Source: Tubiluchus corallicola | Lineage: Eukaryota; Animalia; Priapulida | DNA: 64,000 bases | Direction: 5' to 3' | NCBI GenBank assembly: GCA_030141605.1 | Contig: JAQGDQ010000417.1 | Location: 62,001-126,000, forward strand | Shown: positions 49,674-63,115 of the stretch, piece by piece | How the letters are laid out: the number at the start of each line of letters is the position of its first letter | Position numbering within the stretch: the first letter of the stretch is position 1 | Notes under the pieces: generated by a model | Seen by the model: only the letters and a program-made list of their open reading frames with translations | Database searches by the model: none | What the model was told of the DNA's origin: nothing | Translations under genes and position numbers: made by a program

Positions 49674-52029
49674 ATACTACATCCCTCGGCTAATATATAT
49701 AGTTGGCTAATTGGGTCAAAACACTTCCATCACAAAATCACTCTATTAAGCGGCGCCTAATATAGCTAAAAAGATGCACATTCAAATAATCAAACTAGCA
49801 ATTTCTCCTGAGAAATCAAATAAAAATAGACTTTTTTGCTAACTTGTGTTTGTCCCGATCCAGTGATAATTGTCATTCTTTACTCCTTAATGGATTTATT
49901 ACAAAGAAAACAGGATGCTATATTATTAAGAAACAATTCAGAAATTCTAAAAATTGCTTGTAAATTTGTTTTAAAATGTATCAGTTCCCGAAAGTAATTA
50001 TTACAAATTGAAAATAAACGAACTATGTATATAACTAACATGACTTATGTAAACTAAATACTACATATGTATGGAACTATGTTAAGTTTGTGTTTATGTA
50101 CATTCATGTTGTACCATTGGGTTTACACATCTTGGTTTGATGTTGTGTCTTTGGTTTAAATTGTTGAGTTTGACTTGTGTAACTGTGTTCTTGATAACGT
50201 GGTATAGGTTTTTATAGCGCTGTATATGTGTGTAATTGTATCTTTTTAATCGCTGTGTGTATTGTGAGATTTGTGATTGTGATTACCCAATAAAATATAA
50301 AACTTTAATATTAGCATAGTAAGCTTTTGTTGCCATGACGATCCCCTGACGATCAGGGCAGCTCACTTGAAGGACTCCTCATTCAGTCACAGTCTCATAG
50401 CTACATGGTGGTGAACAATTTCCAACAAATTTTCACCGTAAGCTTGACGTAAGCAAATGGAATTTGTTCTTATTCTCATTGAGACAAACATAACGAATGC
50501 ATAAACAAATCCCAACCAAACACAACCAGAGGTCAAAAACAAGAAAAGTGAAATGCACTTCACCTTAAGCAACCAGCTACCAACACATTGCAATTTTAAT
50601 GCAAGGATAAATTTGTCCTTAGACGAACTGATTGTACAAAACATACTTGTGTATAGTAGGCCTGTAATGATACCGCGTTATCTTTTATTACAATATGTGT
50701 ATCGTCAAAGTGAACGGGTATCATGATAATATGAGTTAATGATACCTGGCAAATTAGCACGCGCTTGACTGTATGCTGATAAAAACAATGTAAAGTGATT
50801 CATACTGCAGCTATAGAGTGTACTGCAGATACGTAACAATCAGTGCAGTGAGCAGTAGTTGACTTAACACAGGCACTGCTAGTAGCCAAAGTGATTGAAA
50901 ATACAAGGTGTTTAATCTGTAGTAGACTAATTATGTTGTTTACATATAAACTTGTGAAAAGGCAAAAGTGAAAGAGTAACTTTTAAACCTAAGGTATTGA
51001 TAAGTTTTGCTTTTATGACAGCTTACAAAGCAAACTATTCTACACATTACACAAGTGGTAAATAAAAATCAAGCAGTTTGTTGAGTTACTTTGGCATTTT
51101 GAAATTTGAGTATCCAATGTAATTATTATTTAATCTAAGCTTTCATTTAAAATAAGCTTTTGTAGTTTTCAATATTTTAGAGCATCCTTTATTCTGAACT
51201 TGTGTTTCCTTTAAAGAGCGTTTAGCCAAAAAAGTCAAATCTCTCAAGTTTGTAGGAATTGATATCCGTTTGTTTATTCTCACATAAAACTATATTTTAA
51301 TAATCAAGTCATAGACTGAACAAGTATCTTTATAAGAAAGATGTCAGAAAATCACCACCAACAGTTCGATACACCATGCTGATACAGGTTAGCTCAAAAT
51401 CACACGAGATGCACCGTTAAGACACGTGGTAATAGTAATCAGTTTGACCACAAACAACCCTAACTTAATAAAAATAACTTTCATAGCGCAGTTATTATTA
51501 ACTATGCGTGAAAAAAAAGCGGTCTTTGCCTTTAATCACCCAAAAAAATTAACAAGAAAACAAACTGTATATATTCCTCCTTCACCGCCCAGATGAGACA
51601 GACAAGCAGACAGGTAAAATCTGATCAGCTGCGTATGACAAAAACATGGCTGCCAGTAGTACATCACAACTGTACCACATATGTACATGACAAGTACATG
51701 ACACGTACATCACAACTGCCACATACCTTGTTAGTTGATGAAACTAAATTTTCGTCGCCTGGCACCTAACATTGAACAAAACAATAAATTATGCTTGCGG
51801 TTCAAGATATCAATTTTGGCTTCATTCGTATGGCTTCACTAAAGTCAGGTGAGATATGCGCACCATTAAAATCTCTGGTGACAAATCGTCCTTTGTGGAT
51901 GACGAAATAAGCATCAAGAAGCTGCGCTTTCATGGCGGTTGCCAATAGGAACTTTGCAGCAGCATCAAGAGCAAAGAGGAAGTTTTAACTAAGAGTAGAA
52001 TGCAAACTTTCTTTTCAATTTTTTCACTA

Positions 52030-52940
52030 CAGTAAATCCTCGTTTAACGGCTCCCCGTTTAGCGACGTTTCGTTTTAACGACGCTGAACATTTGCACATT
52101 TTTTCACTTAAGGACTCACAACACTTTTACCTAATGTGATGCATTAAAACGATACGTATTGCATTATCCTGTTCTAAAAATGCACTAGTAACGCAAACAT
52201 TATAATTATTATTATATAATTCTACAGTGTTACAGTAAGTCCTCGCTTAATGACTCCCCGTTTAGCGATGTTTCGTTTTAACGACGCTATTTGACACCTT
52301 TCTTCAGTCAACAACGAACGTTTCACTTTAACGACGATTTTTTGTTTTGCTCTAAGCCAATTTTTATGTCATCAGCAACTTTTTTACTCAATTTGGTGCA
52401 TTAAAACAGAACAGATTGCTTCATTCTGTTCTAAACCCACACTAGTAACGTAAACAGTGTAATTATTAAACAAGTTTTTGCTTCTCGACCGACTGCTAGC
52501 CGTTTATATCAAGTCAGACCAGTGAGCAATTCTGCCAGCAACCTGTTGCTATGGCAACTGAACTAAGTATGTAGGTAAATTTCACAAGGTCGCCCCAGGG
52601 CTTGGTTGTGACTCTGCAGTGTTTATCGTTCAATACAGACTAGGATTAAATGTTAATGAAAAAGAAACCGCTACAGCTCAGTTTGGTAAGTACAATATAT
52701 AGGTGGTTTCAGGCAAGCAGAAAGACATTAATCAGTAGACAATAAAACTCAAACTAAAACGATAAATAAAACTCACAGAATGTTTAAACTTATATGGTTT
52801 AAGCTGTTCTGATTTTTGTTCCTGGAATGTATCTCAATTCTTTTACATTGCTTTCTATGGAAATCTTGGTTTCCTTTAACCGAGTTTCGCTTAACGTCGA
52901 GTTTTGCCGGAACGCATTAGCATCGTTAAGCGAGGACCTG
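52030..52940. mobile_element. Tc1/pogo-like MITE (52233-52940) preceded by a truncated left end of the same family (52030-52226)
   Basis: TA-CAGTAA(A/G)TCCTCG occurs twice; homology to 6806-7449. Confidence 0.75.
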
Positions 52941-53140
52941 TCAGACCATACTATAAACCAATTAACATTTCATCCAGTTATTCTGTCAGCTTCCGAGGCC
53001 CACTCTATTCATCTGCTGCTGGTACCGACAAAAAGTTTTACAGTGAGCAAAAGGTATACCTTATGGTGGAGCCACCTATCGGACACATTTATAGTTTTCT
53101 TACGGGTACATACTATTACCTGTAATTAAGCCACGCTTAC

Positions 53141-53333
53141 CTGCACGTATCTGTCTACTTGGTTTGTAAACATGTTCTCATGAAACAGAAACTGAAAACG
53201 CTCTTGGACGTAGTTGTGGCACAAGTCTTCGAAGCTTGAACCCGTTTTACGGCCGACGGTCATCGGATTCTGGATGCCAGGACTGTCCACGATGATCATG
53301 CAGTTGGTAGTCCGGTAATTTGAAGAAAACGAC
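53141..53333 (-). CDS. MYO18: Myosin XVIII exon containing the switch II region
   Basis: TAG/GTAAG, 193 nt, phase 2-0; CMIIVDSPGIQNP...SFEDLCHNYVQERFQFLFHENMF, like MYO18A (IVDTPGFQNP..SFEELCHNY). Confidence 0.96.
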
Positions 53334-53957
53334 CTAAAATATGGCAAACATACCATGAGATGGAAGGCCTCACAGAGTTTTATAGTGCTCTCAGACATTT
53401 ATAGTATTTTCTTGGGGTTTTTCTATAAATAAACAGCATAGCTTATTGACGCAAAAGTGATGTGAAGACTAAAGAATTATACTACTGGCAACAGTTATAT
53501 TTATTGACAACTTAATGAGTATAACAGGTTAGGGCTGTAACGATACACCTAGGTCATGATACGATATGTTCATGACCTAGGTGTATCGTTACAGTCCTAA
53601 TATGCCCGAGTTAACCTTTGCAGCTTTTGTAAAAAAAACAGATGAAGCCATTGATAGTTGATACGTTCGTAAACATATTTCATCAATCAGCACTTTTAGG
53701 ATTCCTAAATGGTAAAATAATTCCGTAAACTGTTTGATTTTTATGCATTTACTTGTGTAATGTGTAGGCTATTGTTTGCATTGCAAGCCACCAGAAAAAC
53801 AAAACGTTGCAACACTTTGTGTTTAAAAGCTACTCGTGCGTTTCCTCTTTCACTTTTGTCATTTCACAGGTTTATATGTAAACAACGTCATTAACCTACT
53901 ACAGATTAAACAATTTGTATTTTCAGCCACTTTGGCTACTAGCAGTACCTGTATTAA

Positions 53958-54414
53958 CCCTTTCAGTCCCAAATTATTTTTTTAATAAGAAAAAATTTTT
54001 TGGCTTGGTACTTTTGTTCAGTATGTCCATCTTGTTTACACATAATAATTATTTTTTCTACCGTGCCCGCGTGCTAAATATAACCTGTATCCCACGGGAT
54101 ACATTGGGATTCAACGGAAGCAAAAATGTGCTTCATTTTGCAACTGTTGATAATTTTTTAAAGTATTTAAGACCTTTAGTATGCATGCTATGCTGATCTG
54201 TACAAAGTCGTCTCTAAAGTACTGTACCTTGCACAGTTTTTTATGCTACGTAGATTTTCTAGTTTGCCATTTTATCACCATTTTTAGTCTATTGTTATTG
54301 GCTTAAATCAAAATAACTATTAACAGATCAAATAACTGTCAGTTTTAAAATTTTGTTAATTTTAAAGGCAGAAAATATTCTCGTAACCCACGGGATACAA
54401 CGGGTATGAAAGGG
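53958..54414. mobile_element. piggyBac-like MITE nested in an older element
   Basis: TTAA-CCCTTTCAGTCCC ... GGGTATGAAAGGG-TTAA; empty-site paralog at about 50840-50905 (inverted). Confidence 0.88.
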
Positions 54415-54708
54415 TTAAGTCAACTATTGCTCACTGCACTGATTGTTACATATCTACAGTAAACTCTACAGCTGCACGTTTGAATCATTTCATGTTGTTT
54501 TTATTAACATTCGGTCAAAACGATGATAATTTGGTAAATATCATTGACTCAGATGATCACGATATGGGTGCACATTTGTGATGTGCATATCACAATAAAA
54601 GATATCACTATGTATCGATACATTCATGTATCATTACAGGCCTATAAAAGATGTCACCAGAATACCTAGAAGTCATACCCCTTTAATTCTACAAAATGCA
54701 AACTTTAC

Positions 54709-54849
54709 CGGTTGACAAGAGAAAGCAAAGCATTGAATGCTTCTGTGTACAGCCCCACAACGAAGCCATCCAGCGCCTCCTGGGGTGATAACGAAGCCAC
54801 ATCGGCTGCGATGGATGAACTACTAGCCAGTTTCCTATCTAACGTACTC
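54709..54849 (-). CDS. MYO18: Myosin XVIII exon, motor domain
   Basis: TAG/GTAAA, 141 nt, phase 2-2; ...SPQEALDGFVVGLYTEAFNALLSLVNR. Confidence 0.92.
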
Positions 54850-55859
54850 CTAGAGAAAAAATACCGTTTTACTGCATTGAATTAATGTTAACAGGCTAAA
54901 TCTCCTCTATATACATGTACATAGGTATGCAAAAATGACAGATCATTTCTACACAAAACTTCATATCTTTAAGCATTTGAAATTATAGTGTGAATTGTCA
55001 GGACTATTGAACAAAGGGATCATGAACAATTTAAATTTAGATTAGGTTAGGTTAGATTGGTTTGTTTTTATCTACAAAAAATACATATCATTTTATGCAC
55101 ATTTTCATAGCAGAAAAAAGACAGATTAAGGAAACGAAGAAGGAATTTAAGACAGGACAAAGGCTGGTGAAGAACCAGTCGATTATCAAGTCAACCACCA
55201 GTGTTCAGAAGCCATAGTACTGTTAGGCATAAATCAAAAATAATAATGTAAATTCAATAAATGAGAAATGTAAATGAATATTGTGCCAACAAATGCAGCA
55301 AAGAAACAAAAAATGTAGAAACTTAAATATACGAATATATATATATGTAAATAATTACGTATATATATATATATATATATATAAATAGTTGAAGATTTAA
55401 CAATATTTGTTGTATTAGTAATTGTTTTGCATGTATAATAATAGTGTCATTGTATTTCATAGTTGAAATTGTATATATGTCTTGTTTTTTTGTATATTTC
55501 AAAATTGTATGTATGTCTCGTATGTATTTTTGACACTAATAAATAAATATCTAAATATGTGTGTGCGTGCGTGCGTGTGTGCAAGCGTGCGTGTATGTAT
55601 AAATAAGAACTTAAATATATGCAAAAGCAAACCCCAAACAATAACAATAAGCAAATCAACAATCATCCGAAAGCAACATCAAAGAATAATCCATATATGA
55701 CAAAAACCAAAATAGGTAAAAATAACGATGCAAAAGCATTTTTGTGTGACTGTGTTTCCATTCTTTAGGGAATTTTGCACATCAACAGATTGATATCGAG
55801 TAACATGAGAATATTATAATTAGACGTGCGGAAGACTTAAAAGTCAAAATAATCATTAC

Positions 55860-56001
55860 CTAAAAGAGTCGGTACGACTGGAAAAGCTTTGTCCCGGTTG
55901 AAATATTGCCCGAGTTAAGCCCTCGACGGTTGTACCAAGCAGACTAGCAGCCCTCTGTGCTGCTGTTGGTTTATTAAACTGTGCTTTGTTACTACTGACA
56001 C
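55860..56001 (-). CDS. MYO18: Myosin XVIII exon, motor domain
   Basis: CAG/GTAAT, 142 nt, phase 1-2; KAQFNKPTAAQRAASLLGTTVEGLTRAIFQPGQSFSSRTDSF. Confidence 0.92.
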
Positions 56002-56809
56002 CTGAAAGTTACACAACGAATGAATGAACACATAACATTTGTCACGAACCGGCAAGCATATGCACAAACAAGCGCGAAAGCTCTGAAGCGGGTGTCATCA
56101 TCTAGTCCAGTCACTAAAAAGCTGGCATCCACTCGAGTGGTTATAACAAAGTAAAATCCGGGGCAGTAATGTACAACTAGTGGTGAGCATCAATCTTTCG
56201 AGTTCGATCAAGTTTGTTAGACATTTGTCAGCATTCTGATATACCATTTTGTTGTTTTAATGGTATTGAATAGATGTACCTAGAGGTGCACCAGAAACAC
56301 ATTTTCAACAACCGAATCAAAGCCGATTTTTTGGGAAGGTACAGCTCACTCCTAGTTGTACATTACTGGGTAAGCATCAATCGTTCGAGTTCGAACAAGT
56401 TTTTTAGATATTTCTCGGTATTCTTATGTACAATTTTGTTGCTCTTAGGTACTTGGAGGTGCATCTGAGACACATTTTCAAAAACTGAAACTGAAGCCGA
56501 TTTTTTTGTGCTTGGCCGAAAAATGTAACCGAACCGAAACTTGGTAGAATGATTGGCCGTACAGCCGGGCGGAATTCCGAATAAAATATCAAGACAAACT
56601 GGAATACCAGACAGCAGTCTAGTCGATCCACATTTTTTACCGAAACTGAACAAAATTGTCATGTACAGTGAAACCACTTCATACTGCTACTGCTTGCTTT
56701 GGGACTGTGAAAAAGTTGGCATTAAAAGAGTTTGACATTACAACGAGGTGCATTAATACATACACGTCTATGCAAATACAGTATTCTTGTTTTGCCAAAA
56801 ATTTGACAA

Positions 56810-57814
56810 ATGACATTATGAAAGGCTGTCGTTATGTGAGGTTGACATTATGAAAGGCTGTCGTTATGTGAGGTTGACATTATGAAAGGCTGTCGTTATG
56901 TGAGGTTGACATTATGAAAGGGGTTGTTAAGAGAGGATGGCATATAAAAGGGGGCATTAAGCAAGGTTGGCATTATAAAATGGGGTATTAAGCGAGGTTG
57001 GCATTACAAAAGGGGCCGTTAAGCCAGGTTGGCATTACAAAAGGGGCCGGTTAAGCGAGGTAGGCATTACAAAAGGGGTCGTTAAGCGAGGTAGGCATAT
57101 AAAAGGCGTCGTTAAGCGAGGTTGACATTATAAAAGGGGTCGTTAAGCGAGGTTAACATTACAAAAGGGGGCATTAAGCAAGGTTGGCATTATAAAATGG
57201 GGCGCTAAGCGAGGTTGGCATTACAAAAGGGGTCGTTAAGCAAGGTTGGCATTACAAAAGGGGCCGGTTAAGCGAGGTAGGCATTACAAAAGGGGTCGTT
57301 AAGCGAGGTAGGCATTACAAAAGGGGTCGTTAAGCAAGGTTGGCATATAAAAGGCGTCGTTAAGCGAGGTTGACATTATAAAAGGGGTCGTTAAGCGAGG
57401 TTAACATTACAAAAGGGGGCATTAAGCAAGGTTGGCATTATAAAATGGGGCGCTAAGCGAGGTTGGCATTACAAAAGGGGTCGTTAAGCAAGGTTGGCAT
57501 TACAAAAGGGGCCGGTTAAGCGAGGTAGGCATTACAAAAGGGGTCGTTAAGCGAGGTAGGCATTACAAAAGGGGTCGTTAAGCAAGGTTGGCATATAAAA
57601 GGCGTCGTTAAGCGAGGTTGACATTATAAAAGGGGTCGTTAAGCGAGGTTAACATTACAAAAGGGGGCATTAAGCAAGGTTGGCATTATAAAATGGGGCG
57701 TTAAGCGAGGTTGGCATTACAAAAGGGGCCGTTAAGCAAGGTTGGCATTACAAAAGGGGCCGTTAAGCGAGGTTGGCATTATGAAGGAGGGTGTTACAAT
57801 GAGGTTTGACTGTA
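56810..57814. repeat. About 31-bp minisatellite with a 248-bp higher-order period, ending in a pogo-like TIR
   Basis: Unit GTTAAGCGAGGTTGGCATTACAAAAGGGGTC; terminal GAGGTTTGACTG-TA. Confidence 0.92.
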
Positions 57815-58216
57815 GTTCTAAGTCAAAAGTACAATTATAAACTCTCTAATGTTTTATCACTTTCAGTTAATGGTGATTGGTACCTGTAAAATTATCAAGC
57901 GTTTTTATCTAACAGTTATGTAGTAATGTATTACGTATTTAAAATGTAGCCCAAACTCTTAAAAAAAGTAACTTCAGTGAGTCGAAAGTTCGCCGAACAT
58001 TTAGTGATTATTACTAAGTTCATCAGACGGGATTTATAAACTGATTTTGCAGAAGATATTCTACAATCCAAATATTTGGTGTATCCCTAGTTACACCTGT
58101 CTAAAAACAAACTCACTCGTAAAATAAAGTACAGTCCATTTAAGGAGTAAATATGTAATCAATGTAAAACAATACAGCTAATATAAACAGACACTCAAGT
58201 AACAGAGCGAACATAC

Positions 58217-58361
58217 CTACTATAGCTCCAGCAATACCAAGATGATAAACTGCTGCTAGTACACACCAGATGGCTCTGGCTTCTTCCGGTTTTATGCTGA
58301 GTATATCTAGAGATGATGCTATCCTTGCCCAGGCAAGTGCTGCTCTCTGCTTGTCTTCAAC
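58217..58361 (-). CDS. MYO18: Myosin XVIII exon, motor domain
   Basis: TAG/GTATG, 145 nt, phase 0-1; VEDKQRAALAWARIASSLDILSIKPEEARAIWCVLAAVYHLGIAGAIV. Confidence 0.93.
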
Positions 58362-58623
58362 CTAAAACAAAACAGCCAGGATAGACGTCTCATCAAATCT
58401 AATTTTCATTCCAGCACAATAACTCTTGATGTTCAGACACCGCTTGCTTGTTGTAGCTGCTGCAGAAGCAGGTCATTTCTATAAACTCTCCAATGGAAAC
58501 TCATGCGACAGAGTTCCTAAACTTGAAAATAAATATTAATTAAAATTAATTGGGAAAATGGTTATAAAATTAATGGGAAAATACGCAGTAAAAATTGTCC
58601 TCAACAAAAAATGTATATTCATC

Positions 58624-58626
<3 letters not shown>

Positions 58627-58667
<41 letters not shown>

Positions 58668-58775
58668 TGTATGTGTGTGCACGTGCGTTCAGGTGTGTGT
58701 GTGTGTGTGCGTCGTGCAGGTGCGCGTGTGCATGTGTGAGTGTGTTTGTGTGTATGTGTGCGTGCATGTGTGTGT
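58627..58775. repeat. Imperfect (GT)n microsatellite
   Basis: Directly visible in the sequence. Confidence 0.95.
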
Positions 58776-60069
58776 ACAAAGGCACAATGAACAAGTCCTG
58801 AAACTAAAGTAACGAAAAAATATCTTCAACACCAAATAACAATCTAAAACACTGATGTGGGAAGTGAAAGCGTCAAGCAACATGCGATAACGAAAACGTA
58901 AACGTAAACAAAGGCACACATGCAAACAAGCCAATTGTATGTATAATGGCTATTTGCCAATTGCAACCATTTTTGCATAGATTTTGATCGCTTTACTATT
59001 CTGTTCGGCTCCGTTTTATGTGAGGGAAAGTAAATTTGTTTTTCTCGGAGAAATGCAAACTTTAACACAGCGCACGTTAAATGTTAACGTGTAATATGTT
59101 AATATGTAATTGAAAATGATGCTTGTAGTTTAAATATTAAAGAATTAGCATTTGAAGGGTAGAAGATTTGACATCCACTGTGAAAAAGATAAAGTGAAAC
59201 TGAATGAAAAAATATGCACTGAAAATATAAGAATAGCAGAATATGACAGTTGGTTCAACTACATGAGATGAGCCCACCTCAAACCAACTCCTGAACAGTC
59301 AGCATGCTGCACTATACAATGTATGAAAATAAAAGCCCCACATGAGCAAAGATGTTGCTTTTATTATGGCATCACTTCTGATTTAGTGATGGGCAATTAA
59401 TAGATTAATCGAATCAATCGAGATTACAACCGTGTATAAATCGATATAATGGGCGATTGAACAGTAATTCAGTTTTAAAATCAAGAGCAAAATACACCTG
59501 TTACACACTGACTAAAAGGCAGCGTTTTATAAATGGATTTCTTGCATTTTTTCCTCGTTTTCTCACTTTACACAATGCACAGAATTGCAATCCACAGTTG
59601 TCATCGTGAACGACCGAAACTCCGAAACGACCGAAATAAAAAAAATTTAATTTGCAATTAGATTAATAACCTGTAAAACCGCTGTTGCTGTAGTAGATAT
59701 GGCTTCTATCTATCTGTTACCTATTCTAAAAATGGGTTTAACCTCATAGTGAACGAGTTGCTCTAGTTTTGCTATATTCTGTACTACCTGTTGGCTTTCA
59801 CAAGACATTATATGCAGACATCTTTTTACCTGTATTTCAGTGGAAACTTCTGTATCTATAAACGTTTTAAGTACACTCTACTGTTATACCTTTTGTGTGT
59901 TGCAAACTGGGGCTTCTTACTCGCTTTCATGTGACATGGGTAGTTGACATAGTAATGAGTTGTTAATGAATCTACGTGTCTGTAAAAATAGTTTGCGAGC
60001 GTGAAAATGGCAGACAGCAACGAAAGCCATGAAGAAGTTTATAGGCTAATTTCAGTACTGCAATGTTTG

Positions 60070-60479
60070 GGAAAATATTCCCGTTCCAGGCACACCCGCG
60101 ATAAGTGAATTTCCGCAAAGTAGGGACGCCATACTTATTTTAGGTCATTTCGTTTTTGGTGTGTATTCATCCGCCAAATAAATACACTATTTGCTGCAAA
60201 TAGTAATTTTTTATGATTTATAATATTCTTTTAATGTTAGAATTAATATTTTTAATATATTTTTTATACATTTTGTGATTTTTTATGCAAAATTCAACAA
60301 ATGTATATATTACTGTACAATCATACTACACATGAGCAAAAATACTTTAGACGGAGTACAGCAAAAACTCGCAAAACAGCGAAAATACAGCGATAAATAT
60401 TTTACATTAATATTTTTGAAAACCCGAGAAACAGCGAGTCCACGATAAACGAACCGCGAAGTAGCGAGGGAACACTGTA
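60070..60479. mobile_element. pogo/Tigger-like MITE, left end eroded
   Basis: Right end ACCGCGAAGTAGCGAGGGAACACTG-TA; left subterminal CCCGCGATAAGTGAATTTCCGC. Confidence 0.5.
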
Positions 60480-62425
60480 TAATAAAAACCTTTAGCTGAA
60501 AATTGTCTTCCATAAATCAAAGACACTCCAGGCGTTAAAGAAAGTCCATACCATTTTGGCAAGCCACGCCTACATTTATGAAGATGCAAACTGTAAAAAT
60601 AATGCTCTGACAGCAATCAAGAAGTAGTCTTCCACTGTCACTTTGGGAATCGCTTTCACCACAAAATGAACAGTGTGATCATCTTAATACTTAACAAATA
60701 CAGGACGACAATTTCGTCATCAACTATGATGGGTAGGACTTAAGCAGGCAGTAAGTATAATGGACACAAATTTCGATGATCATGTTCAGTAATTCTTGAA
60801 AAAATCTTTGCGAGAATAATGTGCAATGGGTATAGTTGTTGCCTTGCTTGGATGAATCCGGTGTTGCCAAATCTGTTGCCAAAAACTTTCCACCACACAA
60901 AATAAAAACAAACACAGCAATGCATTAACAATTCTAAACAGAAAGAATGATTAAAATAAGCAGTTGAAACCCCACATATCCAAGATACAAATAATTTACT
61001 AAACTATTTTTCTGGTGCTCACAAATTAAACAATAGAACTCATCTATAAAATAATAAAGAAAATCATAGCATATCAAAACAATATAGTCTCATGAAAATA
61101 AGTGCCATTAGTTGTTTAGCAAATCCTCGGAAGAAAATAAATCAACTGCCTCATTTTTATAGACTATATTCTATTTCAAATTGTAAACTTAGTTGCAAAA
61201 AATGATGTTTTAAACACATTAAGACGTCTGCATATTTCTAAGGATATTTGGCACAACTGCTAGTTTGAGCAAAAAGCCGAGTAAATGTATGAAATTGTGC
61301 CGACGCAAAACAACGTAGAATTGTGACAGCTGGCAGAAGAAATCTTCAGCAAAATTTTAGCAATTAATGAATCAAAGTGTTTCCACACGCGCTATTTTAA
61401 TAAAATAACCGAAAGTTTTCAACATTTTTAAACACTCCGTTGGTTAGCACGTAGCAAAGGTTAACCGTGAAAGCAGCCCTGGAATAACCGTAAAGGCAAA
61501 AAAGCATGTTCTTAGGGGAAGAGGGAGTCTGTTTTTTTTTTCAAATCGAATAATTATCCAAAGGTAAAATATACCACAATACGTACGCAAATAGTAAGCT
61601 TCCAGATCGTGTGATTCAAATGCAAATGACAGAAAAAATGCTGAATGGCTGCTGCTTTACAAGATTTAGAGTTGTTTCCTTTAATCAAGTATGACTTGTT
61701 TATGCAATGTTAAACAGATGCAGTAGAATTTACTGTGAATAAGATAAATTCCATTTTAAAGTTTAGTATCATTTACTCTGAATTACACATATACGGTAAT
61801 ATAATCTTTTCAGAGCTTAGGGGCTCTTGAGAGTTGAGATAGAAGATAGCTCAACTCTCGTGTGAGAAACACAGTTAGACAGCCAAAGTCGACAATGTGC
61901 CGAAGTTCTAACGTGTACTACATAATTGCAAAAGAAGCAAGGACATCTTTGATAAACATTAACGCGTTGAGGACAGAATCGCAGTTATAAACGATCCCAG
62001 AATGCAACTGTGTGAAAACGTAAATAGACAAATGCAGAAATCAAAAATGAGGCAAAAATAGGAGTGTAGCACACAATGCAAGTTGCTTATAGAGTAAAAA
62101 GAAATTCTAGGGTGCAAAAATGTGCATTAAGTAAAAATGCAAACTGGTACCTTATGTGGATTGTGGGGTCCCGTTATGACAGGCTAATAAAAACAAACAA
62201 AGAAAAATAGAGATTCGTCTAGAGAAAAACTGGCAGATATACTAGATATATCACAAGAAATTAACTACAATATTTTACAGCGAAAAATTACTGGCAAATA
62301 CATTGATTCTACTTTTCATCTTGTTCACTCTGTGGGCTGTTTGGTACCATTACTAGGGTAACAGTAACAACTACATCGCAGCAAAAAGTGTTCTTTCCCG
62401 GACAATTAAAAAAAAAAACACATAG

Positions 62426-62835
62426 CAGGGTTCGCACAGAATTTTAAAATACATTTCCATGACTTTTCCCTGACCAAATATTGATTTTCCGAGACCAAGA
62501 TAAACAGAAACTGCATTACCAATATACGTAGCCAAACATTTTTCTGTATGGACATTCATACATATACTTATATATAATGTATCGGCCAATCATTATTTTT
62601 TGAACAGAAATTGAAACTGCGACCTTGCCATAGCAAAATTTTATTTTAACACGAATCGCTGAAAAATATCGGTTCACGGTGATTATTTTTTAACCTTTTC
62701 CAATTTGCATGACTTTTCGTCCCATTTTCATCATTTTCTCTGACTTTTTAACCAAAAAATCTTCCCCCCAACTTTCCCATGACTTTCCAGGACAGCCTGT
62801 ATTTTCCAAGATTTTCCCTGACTGTGTGAACCCTG
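62426..62835. mobile_element. MITE with CAGGGTTCGCACAG TIR
   Basis: CAGGGTTCGCACAG / CTGTGTGAACCCTG; flanks ACATAG/GCATGG, compatible with a decayed 6-bp TSD. Confidence 0.75.
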
Positions 62836-63115
62836 GCATGGCTTTGCTAAATCGATGATCAAACTGGTAACTTGTGATAAATACAGGATGATTTTCGGAA
62901 CAGACACACGTTCTGTTACTGCTTCTCAAGAATTTCTTCAAAAAAAAACAAAAATCTATAAATGTAAAAATAATTGCATGAAGGAGCAACGTTGCATGTA
63001 CGACGGCACGTTTAAAAAAAATGTTCAACAGCATGCAATCAGACAGGCGAAACACGTGACAACACGAAACTGCTGGAAAGCAACTCTTCTCAACAAGGAT
63101 CAAACGCTCCTAAAC

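Noticed and set aside
58216-58220. Alternative GTAGG donor 4 nt inside the exon 58217-58361
   Set aside because: It would break phase with the next exon; the GTATG donor gives a continuous MYO18-like frame.
60500-62100. Possible decayed coding or transposase sequence
   Set aside because: Short broken frames with no motif I can recognise; a translated search would be needed.
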